A stretch of 63,581 nt of DNA, filler included, from Pelomyxa schiedti (lineage: Eukaryota > Protista > Evosea): NCBI GenBank assembly GCA_020536535.1. It is 13 parts of 13 records of this genome, joined end to end, with 100 filler letters (N's around TTAATTAATTAA, not from the genome) between each part and the next. Parts side by side here need not be neighbours in the genome. Positions count along the whole stretch, not along the records: positions 1 to 17,978 come from JAHLWZ010001123.1; 12 more parts are not named here. The stretch is one strand, 5' to 3'. The notes beneath the pieces are model-generated. The model was not told where the DNA came from and did no database searches. It was given only the letters and a program-made list of their open reading frames with translations. Shown piece by piece: positions 1 through 13,530 of this stretch. Every line of letters starts with the position of its first letter. Positions within the stretch are counted from its first letter, which is position 1. A program made the position numbers and the translations under genes.

Positions 1-642
1 GGGTGGTGGTTGTGGATGCGGGGGGGGTATTGACGTGCTCTTTTGGGAATTGATTCAGGGGAAGCGGGTGACAGCGACAGCAGCAAGGCGGGGGGCCACG
101 GCGCGAGACGGGCAGGATCCTCCTGGGCCTTGGTTCCAGCAAGGACCAGTTTTGCGTGCGTGCCTCCACGGAAGTGCCCCCCTCATCGAGGGGCTCAGGG
201 AGCAGGACTGGGTCACATTGACTCGAGCAGGACATGGCGCTGTTGGGCGGGAATACTCGCAGCAGCAGCAGCGGGAGACGACGTCCAGGCGCGTGCGTGG
301 TGCCGCAGCAGAGCCCAGCCTTCGTGCCAGCAGCAGCCGGCGCGGCGTGACGCTCTCGACTCAGCGTGGGCAGCGCGTGGGCCTCGGGCGACGGTCCGCT
401 TCTGGTTGATCACTGAAGGGGCGCGGGCCGGATCAGGCAGAGCCATCTCCACGTGAGGCGCCGCCAGCACATTGCGTCGGGCCTACTTCGGCGTCGTGCC
501 TCGGCCCCGCACTCACCTCGTGGAAACGGCAACCTTGTTGCTGTCTGTTTAATTGTGAGCAACAAAGTGTTAATGAACTTGAGGATTACATCGTAATGGT
601 AAGGCGATGTGCTACGTCCGGTAATAAAGCCCCCACAAGTCA

Positions 643-683
643 CAGGCAGAGAACGAGCCTTCCTTTCGCTCGTTCTCTGCCTG
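643..683. repeat. Perfect 16-bp inverted repeat with 9-nt loop (hairpin)
   Basis: CAGGCAGAGAACGAGC (643-658), loop CTTCCTTTC, GCTCGTTCTCTGCCTG (668-683), read directly. Confidence 0.9.
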
Positions 684-803
684 CCCCGTGATGGTGCTCT
701 GGCTTATTGTTAGAGAAATAACTTGGTCCTTCAATAAAATAAATACCGCAAAATGCTACTCAGTCGTAGAACGGTGCCTTTTGCTCGTAGTCCGTAACTT
801 TCG

Positions 804-821
804 ACATTATCGCGATAATGT
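804..821. repeat. Perfect 18-bp palindrome
   Basis: ACATTATCGCGATAATGT is its own reverse complement. Confidence 0.9.
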
Positions 822-1259
822 GACGTTGCCCCTGCACGAAGGAAAAAAAGGGGGTTGGTGAGAAATGAAATGAGTTCAAGCGTTTAAATTATAAAAAAAA
901 AAAAAAAAGCAGAAACAGGTACCTAATGGACCGCTCTATATGGTTGTGCCACGTTGTCATGCGATCGTAGATCGTTGTTGGTCGTTTCGTTTGTTGCCGT
1001 GCGTTGATTGTTGTTTTCGTTTGCGCAGGTGCGATTTTTGTTTGAAAAAAAAGGCAAGAAGAAAAAACCAATTAAATGGCCCAAGGGTGACGTTGCAGGG
1101 CAATTGTGCTTGTAGATCTGGTTCAGACTCACCTTCTATACGTCCGGGCACCAGTGCAGTGCATGCAAGGCCCCTGTGGTCATATACATTCATCCCTCTG
1201 AGACCACAAGGAGCAGAATCTGTCTCAGCACTCGATCATCATTAGATCTCCAGAACTTA

Positions 1260-2900
1260 CATTAAAAATGTTAGTTTGCGCTTGCAAGGACCGTCGACCG
1301 GTCGTAGTATCATATTGTGGCCTGGTTGCCCACAATCGCCCATGTGGCTTCTTAAACCAGCGCCGGCAGAAGCACGTCGCTCGCAGTTATGGGGTGGGTG
1401 CCGGAAGGCATCGATCCCATAATGGCCCAACGGGGCACCCGTGCACAACACACGGCGGGCGTCTTTGTCTCTTGTGTGTTGTATGTTGATGCATCATACA
1501 TTACACCACAAACCACAAGCCCCACTCCATCATCGTTGAGTTGCTGTAATTGCATGGCCAGTGGCTGTTGTGTCAATGCTTATGTCCCAGGATATACGGC
1601 ACTTCTTAAGTGTCATTTTTCGTTACCAATACTAGCAGCAACAAACACAATTGTTGTTTCTAGTGCGTGTGACCATGTCATGGCACCCTCCAGAGTCATA
1701 GAACCTGATGGATCCCTCCCCTTTCGGGTATGTTGTTCCTCATTGTAATGATTACTTATCGCGTGGCCGTTGGGAGTGCTGACCAACAGTAACGGATTGT
1801 ACTGTGTTTGTGCCTTTGGTTCCTTCCAGTAATCACAGGACTGATCGACATCAAATTGAACGAAGAAAGGTGCAAAGTTGCAACACCAATTTCGTTGTTG
1901 GTTTCAATGCATTCAATTACAAATGAACATTCGCTAAAAGAAAACCTATGTTTCCCTCCTGATTTCTTTTCATTTGATATAGTGAAACATCAGTGCCACT
2001 CTTGCTGACACTGTCTCTGACACTTCTTGGCATGTGCCACTTTTCAATTGCTGGATTGAAAAAGGATACCAGCCGTGCTGTGTCACTTTGGAGGTGGGTT
2101 GTGGATTCTGGAAACGCAATGGCAATGATTACAACAACGTCTGGAGTGTTCTTGCGGACCATACAGTGTCACTTTGCAAGAGGAATTCTGGAAAAAATTC
2201 GTTCTGTCCATGCTTTACAGCAAACCACATACAAGCACCAAACAAAAAAAAAAGAGATGAACAGTGGTGCAGATGGACCACCCCCAAAAGGACCCCCTGT
2301 TTTCTTGGCCTTGTAAGTATCTTAGTTACCTATATCAAATGTCCAAATTACTGCAGATGTTGCAGCAATCGGCTCGAGAAGAAATAACCGAGTTCCAACA
2401 ACAGTTGTGGCATCAGGTGTAAACCCCACCACATGGGTTTTCAGTCACTTATTGTCCCCTGCAAAAGTACGAGGCATTTGAAACAAGTAAACTGATTTAC
2501 GTGATTGATATTCAAACGAATTCAGGAAAGCCATAGCATCAGTGAGCATTTGGTCGGCTTCCACCTCACGGGCAGCCTGTTATGCAGCTTCTGCAGTGGA
2601 CTCAGCCTCCCTCTTTGTTCATCTGCTTGTCAAAATTGCGTTTTACAAAGTGGTACTTTGGAGAGTTAAGAGGCCTTAAGGTGGTTTGGTGTGATACCAA
2701 ATGTCTTTTGGATCCTCTCCCTCGGCTTCGTTGCCAGATGTACGACTACGCTGTTTCTCATACAGAATCAAAGCACAGCTTGGAACAACTTGGTCCAAGC
2801 TGGAGATATCATAAGAAATTGCATGAAATTCCGGCTGTTTTCCATTCCGTTGTCGCTTAGATTTTGATGAGATACTGTTAAAAACTTGCGTGTACTCGAG
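1260..2900 (-). pseudogene. Possible decayed coding sequence of unknown origin
   Basis: Protein-like minus-strand stretches (e.g. KREAESTAEAA*QAAREVEADQMLTDAMAFLNSF; QQPLAMQLQQLNDDGVGLVVCGVMY) broken by TAA, TGA and TAG stops and frame changes; no family recognised. Confidence 0.3.
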
Positions 2901-3003
2901 CAGGTGCACAGAAGTTCACCTTTTAAAAAAATAAATTGGATCTCTCAGTTCGCAATTAAAACAATAATAACAAATAACAAAGACACACTAAGAGTACGAC
3001 GAC

Positions 3004-6000
3004 ATGTCGGTGGGTTTCGATTTTGGAAATCAAAACTTGGTCATCTGTGTTGCACAAAAAGGTGGTCTCGACATCATAGAGAATGAGGCATTCAACGCCC
3101 AGACGCCGTGCGTGACTCCCACAATTTTTTTTTCCCCCACAATACAAGGTTTTTTTCTTAACAGTCTCTCGCAGGTGTATGGTGTCATTTACTGACAAGG
3201 AAAGAGCTATTGGCGAAACAGGCTCTACCATGGTGCGATTATGTATATTTTTTCGTCTAAACATTTGTCTTGCTCACCATCACACTCACTAGTTCTTGCG
3301 AAATGTACGAAATACGGTCGTTTCAGTGAAGAGGCTCTTGGGTCGCAAGTATAATGACCCCCTCGTTCAAGAGGAAATTCCTCGATTGCCGTTCCGCATT
3401 GTGCCACGCCCTGCTACGCCACAGACATCGATCGTGGCATCGATTTCAGCTCCTGTGGAAGAAGATGATATCGGCATTGTTGTGAACTACACCAACAACG
3501 AGACCATTTTCTCTCCAGAACAAGTGGTTGCCATGCTCCTTGGCAAGCTCAAGTCCACAACCGAGAAGTCAATTGGCACGAAGGTTAAGGATGTAGTCAT
3601 TAGCGTCCCTGGCTACTGGACTGACAGACAACGCCGCGCTATGATTGCTGCTGCTGAAATTGCTGATTTGCATGTACTCAAACTTATAAATGAGCATTCT
3701 GCTAGTACGTCACCCTTTTGTTGCACTCTACTCTACTGAGTTTTTCCTTTCTTTGCACAGCTGCTCTTCATTCTGGGTTTTACAAGCAAGACCTTGAGGA
3801 GAAAGAAACCAGACAGTGCCTACTGGTGGATATGGGTAATAGTTCAACATCTGTATCTGTAATCTTCTTCACACGGGCTGGATTGAAGGTACTCCATTCA
3901 GGATGTGGGGATACCATTAACCCAACCTAGGTGGTTGCCACCGAGTTTGACCCTCTGTTGGGTGGGCGAAGTTTTGATGAGGTTGTGGCTGAGCATGTAG
4001 CCAAGCAATGCACTGCAAAGTTTGGAAACCTCAGGACAAATCCTCGCGCTTGGCAGCGTTTATTGGCAGCTTGTGAGAAGCAAGTCAAGGTACATTGCAG
4101 TTGCCATCTACTGCAAATCAACTAAATCTAAACAGAGAGTAATAAGTTCAGGGAATCCCAAAGCCATGCTTTCCATAGAAAATCTGGCCAATGACATGGA
4201 TTTGAATATTCCTTTCACACGGTATCTACTCTAGAACGTGTAACCTTGTCTCATCTTCCTACAGAGAAACATTTGAGGACCTTATTGCACCTCTTTTGGT
4301 CAAATTATCATCCCTGATAAGTTCTGCACTGACCACCGCAGGTATGATATTGGTTTTCAAGTGCAAAGTAATCACCTGCCCACAAGGTATAGCGCCAGAG
4401 GCTATACACTCAGTTGAAGTTACTGGTGGAGGGTCGCGTCTCTCGTCAGTGCATACTACAATTTACAAGCTCTTTGGACGCAATGACATTATAAGCAAGT
4501 ATGGTGTCTTTGTCCTTCATATTTTTTTATTAACCCAATTAGAACTATCAATAACGAAGAGAGTGTTGCCCGTGGTGCCGCACTTCAATGTGCCATGCTC
4601 CATCCCACCTTCAGAGTGAGGGACTATAAAGTAGAAGATACCACACCTTTCCCCGTGAAGATTGTGTGGAATACCTATACCCCTGGCAGTGCAGGCATGG
4701 AGGATCAAGAGTAAGGCAACCTCAGTAACATGCAAACCTAATTCCTTTATCCAGCTCTGCGGTTATTATTCCAGGTGGTACCATAATTCCGGCTCCAAAG
4801 ATGATTTCGTTTGCTCGAACAAGTCCAATCATGTTCACTGCATATTACGAGGGAGAGAAACTTCCACCAGGAACTGAAAAAGAAATAGGTAAAGGTTGTC
4901 TGGTTAATTAAATAATTAATTCCACAAGGCAAATTCATTTTCCCGGAGATTCCTCCAACTCAGACCGGCAAAACACCTGAACTCAAAATCAGGGCTGCAC
5001 TCAATGTTCACTCCCTGTTCAATATTGAAGAGGGTACTGGATTCGTTATTTTCCCCCACTGTACTTAATCATATCAGGAGTAATGGAAGAAATTATTGAA
5101 GAAACAGTTGAAATTGAAGAAAAGCCTGAGCCACCGAAGGCTGCACCAAAGAAGGAAACACCACCACCCAAGGAAACATCCAATCCAGCACCAACAACTA
5201 CCCCAGCTTCTAACGAGACTCCAGCCAGTACCCCAACGGAACCAATGCAAACAGATGCTACTCCCGCTTCACCGGTTCGCAGATCACTCTAATTAAGCTT
5301 TGCCTTAATACTGTCACCAGAAACCAGAACCTCCAAAGAAACGCACTGAAGTGAGGAAAAGAACACACAGAAAAACACTGAGATTAGTTTCTGAGACGTA
5401 CTCCATGCCACTATCTCTTATTCAGGTTCGTCGATAGGATCTTGTTTCCGTGCATTAATACATGTAGAAATTTATGCAAGATGAAGGCGTTATGGCGGCA
5501 GCCGACAAACTTGTTATTGAAACCGCGGAAGCTAAAAATGCTGTAGAAAGCTACACATATTCTATGCGAGATAAAATTTCCACCACGTTAGCCAAGTATT
5601 TCAAACCTGAGGAGGCCAGAAATTTCACTCGCATGCTTGAAGAAGTTAATGACTGGCTTTATTCATTCGACGAGCCCCCCACCAAGAGTGTATTTTTGGA
5701 AAAGCTCAAGCAGTTAAAGGTTTGAAAATCGCGGCCAAAAGCTTCAACTAAGACACATAAACAGGCAATTGGAGATCCTGCCGAAAGAAACAAACAAGAA
5801 TTCGAGGGGCGACCTAGTGCCTTGTCACAACTTGAGGCGACTCTTTCCAATTTCTCTGGTTTGGCGGCCTCCACAGTAAGCCTCTAATTGTCTCAACTCG
5901 CCAGAAATTAATTGCGAACAGGATGAGAAGTACTCCCACATCACAAAAGAAGAAAGAGATAAAGTTTTGGGACATTGTGGTGACATACGCAAGTGGATAG

Positions 6001-6372
6001 ATACAGAAGTTGCCAAGCAAAAGGCACTGGCACTTTATGATGCGCCTTCACTTACCGTTTCTATGATTAACGCCAAGAAAACGGTTACTTTCGCATAGTA
6101 GTTCTAAAAACCTTTCCCTAACACTTGTCCAGGAATTGTTTAACCAATGCAATGCCATAATGTCCAAGCCCAAGCCCAAACCCACACCACCAAAAACCGA
6201 GGAGAAGCCAGCAACAGCGGAGCCACCCCCAATGCCCCAAACGCAAACCCCACCACCCACAACATCACAACCACAAAACCAACCACCCCCACAATCCCCA
6301 TCACCAACACCAAACGGCACCCCAGCACCTTCACCATCACCTAAGTCCAATCTACAAATGGATTTGGACTAA
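3004..6372 (+). CDS. HSP110: Hsp110/HSPA4/SSE1-type Hsp70-family chaperone, multi-exon
   Basis: MSVGFDFGNQN start; after intron 3108-3174 CMVSFTDKER; KDVVISVPGYW, VDMGNSST, GGRSFD, SVEVTGGGSR, EESVARGAA, AKNAVESYTYSMRDK; Pro/acidic insertion; C-terminal MDLD*. Many short GT-AG introns. Confidence 0.95.
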
Positions 6373-6437
6373 TTTTGATTTTATTGGGCATAAAGAATAA
6401 AATTTTGCACAACCAGACAAATTGTAGGTGTGGTGTT

Positions 6438-7166
6438 TCATGCGAAACAGGCAACATGGGCGGTTTTGACTGGCAGTGCAACAAGGGAATGTGTGTTGTG
6501 ATAGTCGTCATGGAAATCATGGTAATTGAGGACATCCATGTGTATCTCAGTGGACTTGCCAGAAGTGCTGATGGAGGTAATCCGATATACATTGTAACAT
6601 GAAAGAAGCACCTCATTCTCAGGAGTATATGCGGTCCACTCCGGCTGAATTACAATTGCGAACCCAACATTGGGTTTCATGTGAAAGAAAATTGTAGTAT
6701 TTTTGGGAAAGGGGGTTGTCGTTGATGCGGACGTGAAGCTGGGCAGATAAAACTCCCTTGTTCCCATATTTTTATATGCTTGTAGCTCCTTGGGTGTCAA
6801 ATCCACGCCTCTCATCACAACGCCGTCATAGCCTTTCCCATATTTTCCAATAACGTACTTGAGGTCACGAATGTACTTCTTGTGCTGTGTCAATCCTTCC
6901 AGGCTATCTGAAGCCAGTGCCATGTTGACTTTGGAACAGAACCAGCCGGGCCCAGATGTGTATTGGTAAATTGTCCCACGTAGATCAGGGGCGTAATCCA
7001 GCAAACCGGTGCATAGTTTGACGTAGTTGGTACCTTTGGTTCGGATGGGATAGAAGGACACCGTGTGTCCAATTGCCTCGAAGACAGTTTCCCCTGTTTT
7101 CGTGGTCGCGCTGCTACAACTCGGTTTTACTGAAAGCCATTGTGTGTTAGATTCCGTGGTCCCCAT
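6438..7166 (-). CDS. Intronless NAD:arginine-type mono-ADP-ribosyltransferase (R-S-E clade), about 242 aa
   Basis: IYQYT..KVNMAL helix, VMRG (R), FTSAST (S-x-S), ENEVLL (E-x-E). Likely start MGTTES at 7166 is an MGxxxS myristoylation-type N-terminus. Confidence 0.85.
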   Translation of the reverse strand: MGTTESNTQWLSVKPSCSSATTKTGETVFEAIGHTVSFYPIRTKGTNYVKLCTGLLDYAPDLRGTIYQYTSGPGWFCSKVNMALASDSLEGLTQHKKYIRDLKYVIGKYGKGYDGVVMRGVDLTPKELQAYKNMGTREFYLPSFTSASTTTPFPKNTTIFFHMKPNVGFAIVIQPEWTAYTPENEVLLSCYNVYRITSISTSGKSTEIHMDVLNYHDFHDDYHNTHSLVALPVKTAHVACFA

Positions 7167-7676
7167 TTTTTCTTTCTTGCTCGGATTATTGTTTGGCGTG
7201 CACACCGCATTGCCCCTTCTTTTTAACACCTTGCCTGACAACTTGTGGGTCACAACTTGGTATCAGTGATGGGACAACCAACAAGTAGCCCCTGCTGGAG
7301 TGTCAACCGTCAATCGTACGGAACTCCCTCGAGAGCCCATAGGCCTCTTTGGTGACCATCAAGCTTTGAAACGACAGTTCAGCAGAAATTTTGGTACCAT
7401 GAGATTCTTCCAAAAGAATTCTTTTTTTTCTGTTTGGAATGGGGGCGTGGGGATGGCGAAGGGCCGTGGTTGGTGTGGTAGTATTGACCGAAATGGTCAT
7501 ACGCCATAAATTGGTTGTCGCCGTAGCTGCCATGTGGCTACGAAAACGCCTTCCTCCTCGTTTGAAACGGTTTTAACTGATTTTTCCTCCTTCGCTTGCT
7601 ACACCAGCACTGTTTACTTCTGTCATAACCAACCAAAAGGTATTGCTCTCCCTTCCGAGAAACACTGTGGAGGGTG

Positions 7677-10600
7677 ATGACTCACGACCTTTCGAAGCTC
7701 GGCCCGTCGTGCATTGTCGGATACTCCCAGAAATGGTACTCTGACAATCTCACCAAAACCTGGTCAGGCCGGGCTCTCTACGCCCTAGGAATAGCTCCCC
7801 CAGCTCCCGCACCCCCCAACGACAGCGCATCCCTCGCCTCCTACGAGGAAATTCGCAGCCGTAGAGAGCGGCGCTGGAACGAAGCATTCCTGCGTCATGC
7901 CAAACTGGAGGATCACCATCACGAGCACCACACCCCCGACGTCGAAATGCGGCCTAGCGCCTGCTTCGAACTCGTCTGTGACTGGATAGCTGCGGAAGTA
8001 TCCTACTCCCAATCTCAAACCCACTTGGCATCACCATCGCCATCATATCCACCTTCGTGTACATCTTCATCAACACCCGAATATCCGACGGTGACATACC
8101 CGAGATATTGTGGTGGCTGGCCACGGCCCGACTGGCCCTGGGTAAAGAAGAACCTGAGGGAAGTGCTGAAGAAGATACACCCCAACAGTGGTGCACTATT
8201 GGTTGAACTACTGCTACAAGGCGGATACAGGCCCTCGTTGGGGCTCAGTGACCCTGAGTTGTATCAGATTCTCATAAGCGGCACTGGTGCCAATCTGTTG
8301 TAAAAAAAAAAAAACCGAAATGATTGATGATGGCTTACTAAATGCCCCTTGAAGGGTTTTATTAACACAATATTGAGACGGTGTGAACAGCATAAATTTG
8401 ATGACGGAGACACAACCGCAGATCCCCATGTACCACTGGGTTTTTTTTGCTTTTTTGTATTTGTTAGGTTTATACAACTTATTTTTTCCTTCACAGCCAC
8501 GTTTCTCCTTTTTCACTTGAAAACTTGAAATGTACATTGATGGTGCTTTTTTTTCATTTACTTATTTTATAGTAGTATGTTGCAACGAAAGGGAGGGATT
8601 TCCAGAAATTTCCATTGTAGAGCAGGATTTTACCCAACACTACATTTCTCACGTGGAATGTATTGTGAAACAGCTCTTAGTTGCATTCAACTTGGCTGGC
8701 ATGTGGTCAGGTCTATGGCTCTGAAAAGCTAACTGCCACTTCTGACTCTTAATAATAAAGATATCATCCTTCCACTTGCAAGGAGCTCAGTTGCAAATAT
8801 AACCCTTCAAGTGTCCGATAAGAAATTCATTGGCCACTATGTCAAAGTATTTCCTTGTTTCTTTTTGCACTATTGTTTTCTCAATGAGAGGACAAGGTGA
8901 AAAAAGTTCCTGGGGGTTCCCCTCTTGAGAGCACTGTCAAATTTGGGATTGGCTTTACAAAAAATGTTGCCCATAAATCAATGGAACATAAGCTCTTGAA
9001 TCCAAGGGTTCTATTAATCGGGTTTCCTCTTGGGTAATTTCCATGTCATGTTAATGTTTTCTTTATTCTAAAAGTGCAAAAGAATTTACAGTGACCCTGA
9101 GTTGGCCTCATTTGATGAAATGATCTACAATGTAGCTTGTCAACCTCCTTAAAATCTAAATGTATCCAAGGAAAGAGATATTTTGTACAAAACTATTGAA
9201 TTAATTGCACAGTACAAACCAAATATTGTTGTTACTTCCAGTGTAGTCAACAGGACAGCCATTGACTTTTTTTTGGAGCGTGACATTGTTGGTGATTCTC
9301 TCTTTCTTTGACATTTTATTCTTACAATATGGCAGTTGTTCCAAATGTTAAAAGGCACCTCATGAAGAAGTTAGCCAGACTACTTGGATGCCAAATCGCC
9401 ATAATTCCACCAATAGGTTTTTTTTTTAATTCCAGACACATTGTTATAAGTATTTATTATGTCAAAGTTCATGCACAGAGACCTGATGATATGCCTGAGG
9501 AAATACCAGACACTCTACCTTTTCCCACGCCTTCCTTGCCAGGCAATTCCACTGTAAATACGATACAACTACCCCAGCCTGGGGTGTGCACAAGGCAATA
9601 TGTGATCCACTTCTGTGATACACAATCATGCACTAAAAAAACTCTCATGATGTTTGAGGGCTCCTCTTCTATGTGCGCAACAATCATTCTTCGGGGTGGG
9701 ACTGAAGAAACCCTCCAAAAGGTAAAAGAGATTGTGAAGGTATACCATACCCTGTTGTTAAAAGTGAAATAATGAATCTGTACATTTAGTTTTCTGTCTA
9801 CCTTCTGTATACGAACAAGTTAGAAAAGGCACTACACCTAGAACAGTTCACTAAACCTATTTTCTATACAGAGTAGTGTACGTTATTAATCTTTTTTTCT
9901 TAATGAACATTCAGAGTGGGTCTTCTGGCATCTAGTAGCCCAGCAGTCACTATTCCTGCTCTTTTGGAAACTGTACACAAAATAAGCTTTTGTTACAGCT
10001 CACAATACTCTCCTCTCGGGTCGAGTTCACATCTCTTCAGTCTTGGTCTTATGCATAAATTGCAGACTACCACCAATTCTCTTTTCGTTCCATGTCCTCG
10101 AATCTTCACAGAGCACCGATTTGATACCCGAGAAACAAAATGTGTTCAGCCCGACCTCCGAGTTTCAGTGTGGCCATCCAATTTTTTCATATCATGTATT
10201 AAGACCCACTTCTTACCGCTAGTGATATTCACTAGTCCTTCCTTGTTTCCTATTCTTTGGGAAGTAGAGTAAGTGGTCTACAATGTCGGTCTTGGGAAAT
10301 TTACAAATTTGACTTTTACTCCAAGGTAAAGTTCTGTGCTCAAACTCCTTCTCAGCCATAATTTCAGTGTGACATGAGCTTGGGAATCTTTCTTCTAGGA
10401 ACTTTTATACATGCTAATGCCATCTGTCCTAACTGTGGGCTCCACATGGCGCAACACGAGCAGTCATTCTTGCATGACACAGGCCGGGTGAATGTCGTTG
10501 TCAATGACTGTTCAACCTCAATGGTGAATCATATTAGAGATTTAGTACTATCTTACTCTTCAAGAATGCACATCTACTTGGGCAGAAACAACATGTGATA

Positions 10601-13503
10601 TACAGTTGGAACCACTGTAAAATATGCAAAATCTCCAGTCCAGTTGTTCCTCTTTCTTTGGGTAAATCTCCGGAAGGCTTATTTTCCTTTGATGGTTATG
10701 CCACTATAGATACATTCAACTTCTCTTTCGGGCAATTCCTGAGAAATTTATTTTACTGCAGATCTTTTCATCGCTGTGGTCATCATCATTTACAGAATTG
10801 TGTGGAATATTTCATGTTCGAAAAGCAGGTAGTCCTCATTCTGCCATTAAGTCTGTTTGTTCATTTACTGTAGATTATTGAGCTTGATTACATTACTTTA
10901 GCTGTGAACTCTATTGAAAAGAGAAGCACTGATACTCTAGTCAGTTCATACAGTTGCTGTGGGCAAGAGTTTTTGGCAAGGCAATACTCAAAACTGGAGG
11001 AAGAACTAGAACATGTAAGGAAAGAAAAACGTATAACCTAATGAATAACCATTGTAACAATACAAGGTGTTAATAACGGGTTATGAGCTTATAAATCGAA
11101 GCAAGCAGCGATTATCCCACAGTGAAGAATCAAAAAAAATTGAACTGGATCCAGACAGTGAAGCCAATGAAAAGTTTCATGAATTAAGTCAAGCGCTACA
11201 ACAATTTCTTTTGGATTTTGAGACAGAAATCTCCGTTCTGAAGCATGCCATACAAGAAGATGCTTTGCGCCCTGCTTTTGAAGTTGCACATTACACCATT
11301 TTATCCAAGTTCAGAGTCCCCACTTGGTATATACTTCTTACGGAAACTTTTAGATGCTACTACGAGCTACATAAGTCTTGGCTAAGTAAGTTGCACTTCA
11401 TGGAAGCTGAAATTGACACATTTTCAACGAATTTTTGGCGCTCTCTACCCGTTATTCGGGCAATTATGTATTAACAACCAAGCTTTGTACATATTCGTAA
11501 CATCACTAATCAACAGTCCTACAACAAGAGACTTTTCTGATCCTCTTCCAGATGAAGTCTCCCAGGAAAATAGCAGACAACTCGTAATTCTCGTGTTCAA
11601 TGGCTTCCAAGTTACACACATAGGAGCCTTCACAAGAAGAAAAAAATGCCCATAGTACGGAAGCAGAGCCGCAAAGGTAATCCAATAGGTGATGGGTTTG
11701 GTTTTCTGTAGTTTATATTTCCCAAGAGAACCGGTAATAACACTGTGCGAGTTGCACGAAGTGAAAGGAGAAATACATTTGAATTCCCCAGCAGGCAACA
11801 AAGAAACAATTGGTCTTCCAGTAATTTATGAAGATGAGCCCAGTTCTATTTTAGCATATACCCTCGGGTAGGCTTTGCTTGAACATTATATTCTTTTTCG
11901 AACAGAAATTTTCAGATGCAGAGAATTCTCAGAATCACTCCTGAGTCAAAGATATGAGTTGGGTGACTTTAGTGAGGTATACCCTAAATCTCGTTCTTGG
12001 TTAATATCCCTTAGAGACAATGGGAGGAATCAGACGATGTGGGCACAGAATGGCTGAAATGTGACTTTGCATCCATTAATGACGAAACTCGACATTCCTT
12101 ACTGGCACAGCTCATTTCATATGAAAATTCCCATGTTATGATAAGTACTACAAAAAAACAATAACGCCTTTAATTTTAAACCAAACTGCAGAAAGACATC
12201 ACAGTGAACCTCCGTTCCGGGCTGACATAACGTGCCACGCCATTTATGCAAAACAATTTCAGGCACTCCGATACTTACTGTGGGGGGAGAGCCCAGCTTC
12301 AAAGGAATCTCATTTCTTGAAGTCACTTAGTCGATGCACGAGATGGAATGCTCAGGGAGGAAAAAAGGCATTATTCTACAAAACTTTTGGTTGTCAGTCT
12401 TGAGATTGACACTGGTTAACGTTTGGGCAAGATGATAGAATTGTAGTCAAACAAATTACATCTGTTGAAATGCACGCATTTATTGAATTAGCTCCCTTAT
12501 ACTTCCGGTACCTGGCTAAAGTTCTCACTGAAAATGTTTTCATTCAAGGTTTGTTTCTGCCTAACAAACTTAACAAATCAAACAGCTGTATAGTGCCTTA
12601 GTGAGTATCCTCGGTGTTTACAGAATCAGATTGAACACCTCGCGAGGAAAGACCCTGAAGATGGACTTGATTTTGATGGAAAATATCTTCTACAATCGTT
12701 GCCTCTCAGCTGTGCCTAGTTCTAATCTGGCTTTTATTGTATCCTCATAAGCCAATAGGTCTTTGATCTAAAGGGATCTCAAATTGGGCGCTTTGTATCA
12801 CACGGTGTTTATCAAGATGGCAATGTGATTCACGGTTGGCAGTCGCCTTTCCTTCACGTAACCTGGCTTATTTTTACACACAGACTTGCACTCTGCACCA
12901 CTGTGTGTTGATGCATCCTCCAAGTTGCGCCTTCATGCCTGCATCAGAAACGATACACATTTCTTGCATCACGTGGGCCTCATGGATTACAGTCTCCTCG
13001 TCGGTGTCACCCAGAACCATACCCTCATCATCGGAATCATCGACTACATGCGGCTCTACACATGGGACAAGCAAGCCGAGTCCCACATCAAGAGAGTGGT
13101 AGCGGCCGCCAGTGGAACCTCCGTTTCCGGCGTCCCCATCATTCCGAATGAATGGGACAGCACCTCCGATAGCCCACCAGATGACCACAACCACAAAACC
13201 ACCGCCGATACTTTAACAGCAGCTTCATCCACCACAACTACAGCTTCATCCACAACCCCAACAACATCAGTAACCACCACAACTTCACATGATGAACAAC
13301 CGGCCCGCCGACGCAGCAGCTCCGTAGCTTCACTTCAGCGCCGTCCAACAATCATTTCGCCAAAGGACTATGCCGCCCGGTACAGAACAACCCTCAGGCT
13401 GTATTTCACCCTGGTTCCCGGGCCTCATCAACACCTCAACATGGTGGAATCAAAAAGGAAACGGGGCAGTACCAAACCCCCTGAGCAAAAAAGAGACACT
13501 TGA
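7677..13503 (+). CDS. FAB1: Fab1/PIKfyve-like PI3P 5-kinase, multi-exon; 5' exon structure uncertain
   Basis: TCP-1-like domain (VKKVPGG, FTKNVAHKSM..LLNPRVLL, TIILRGG..LQKVK); Cys-rich region (SLGIFL..CPNC..HEQSFLH; SWNHCKIC..FSFGQFL); PVIYEDEPSSILAYTL; PIPK core (WNAQGGK, VKQI, MENIF, FDLKGS, MDYSLLVG, IGIIDYMRLYTWDK, PTIISPKDY). Splicing of 7677-8300 to the rest is inferred, not shown. Confidence 0.88.
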
Positions 13504-13530
13504 GCTGGTTAAAGCCAAGAATTGGTTTTT

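Noticed and set aside
35-470. Overlapping GC-rich ORFs at the window start
   Set aside because: Low-complexity Arg/Ala/Gly-rich translations on both strands with no recognisable domain; a frame cannot be chosen.
1260-2900. Stop-codon reassignment or selenocysteine recoding
   Set aside because: All three stop types and frame changes occur here; conserved genes read normally with the standard code and end in TAA, TAG or TGA.
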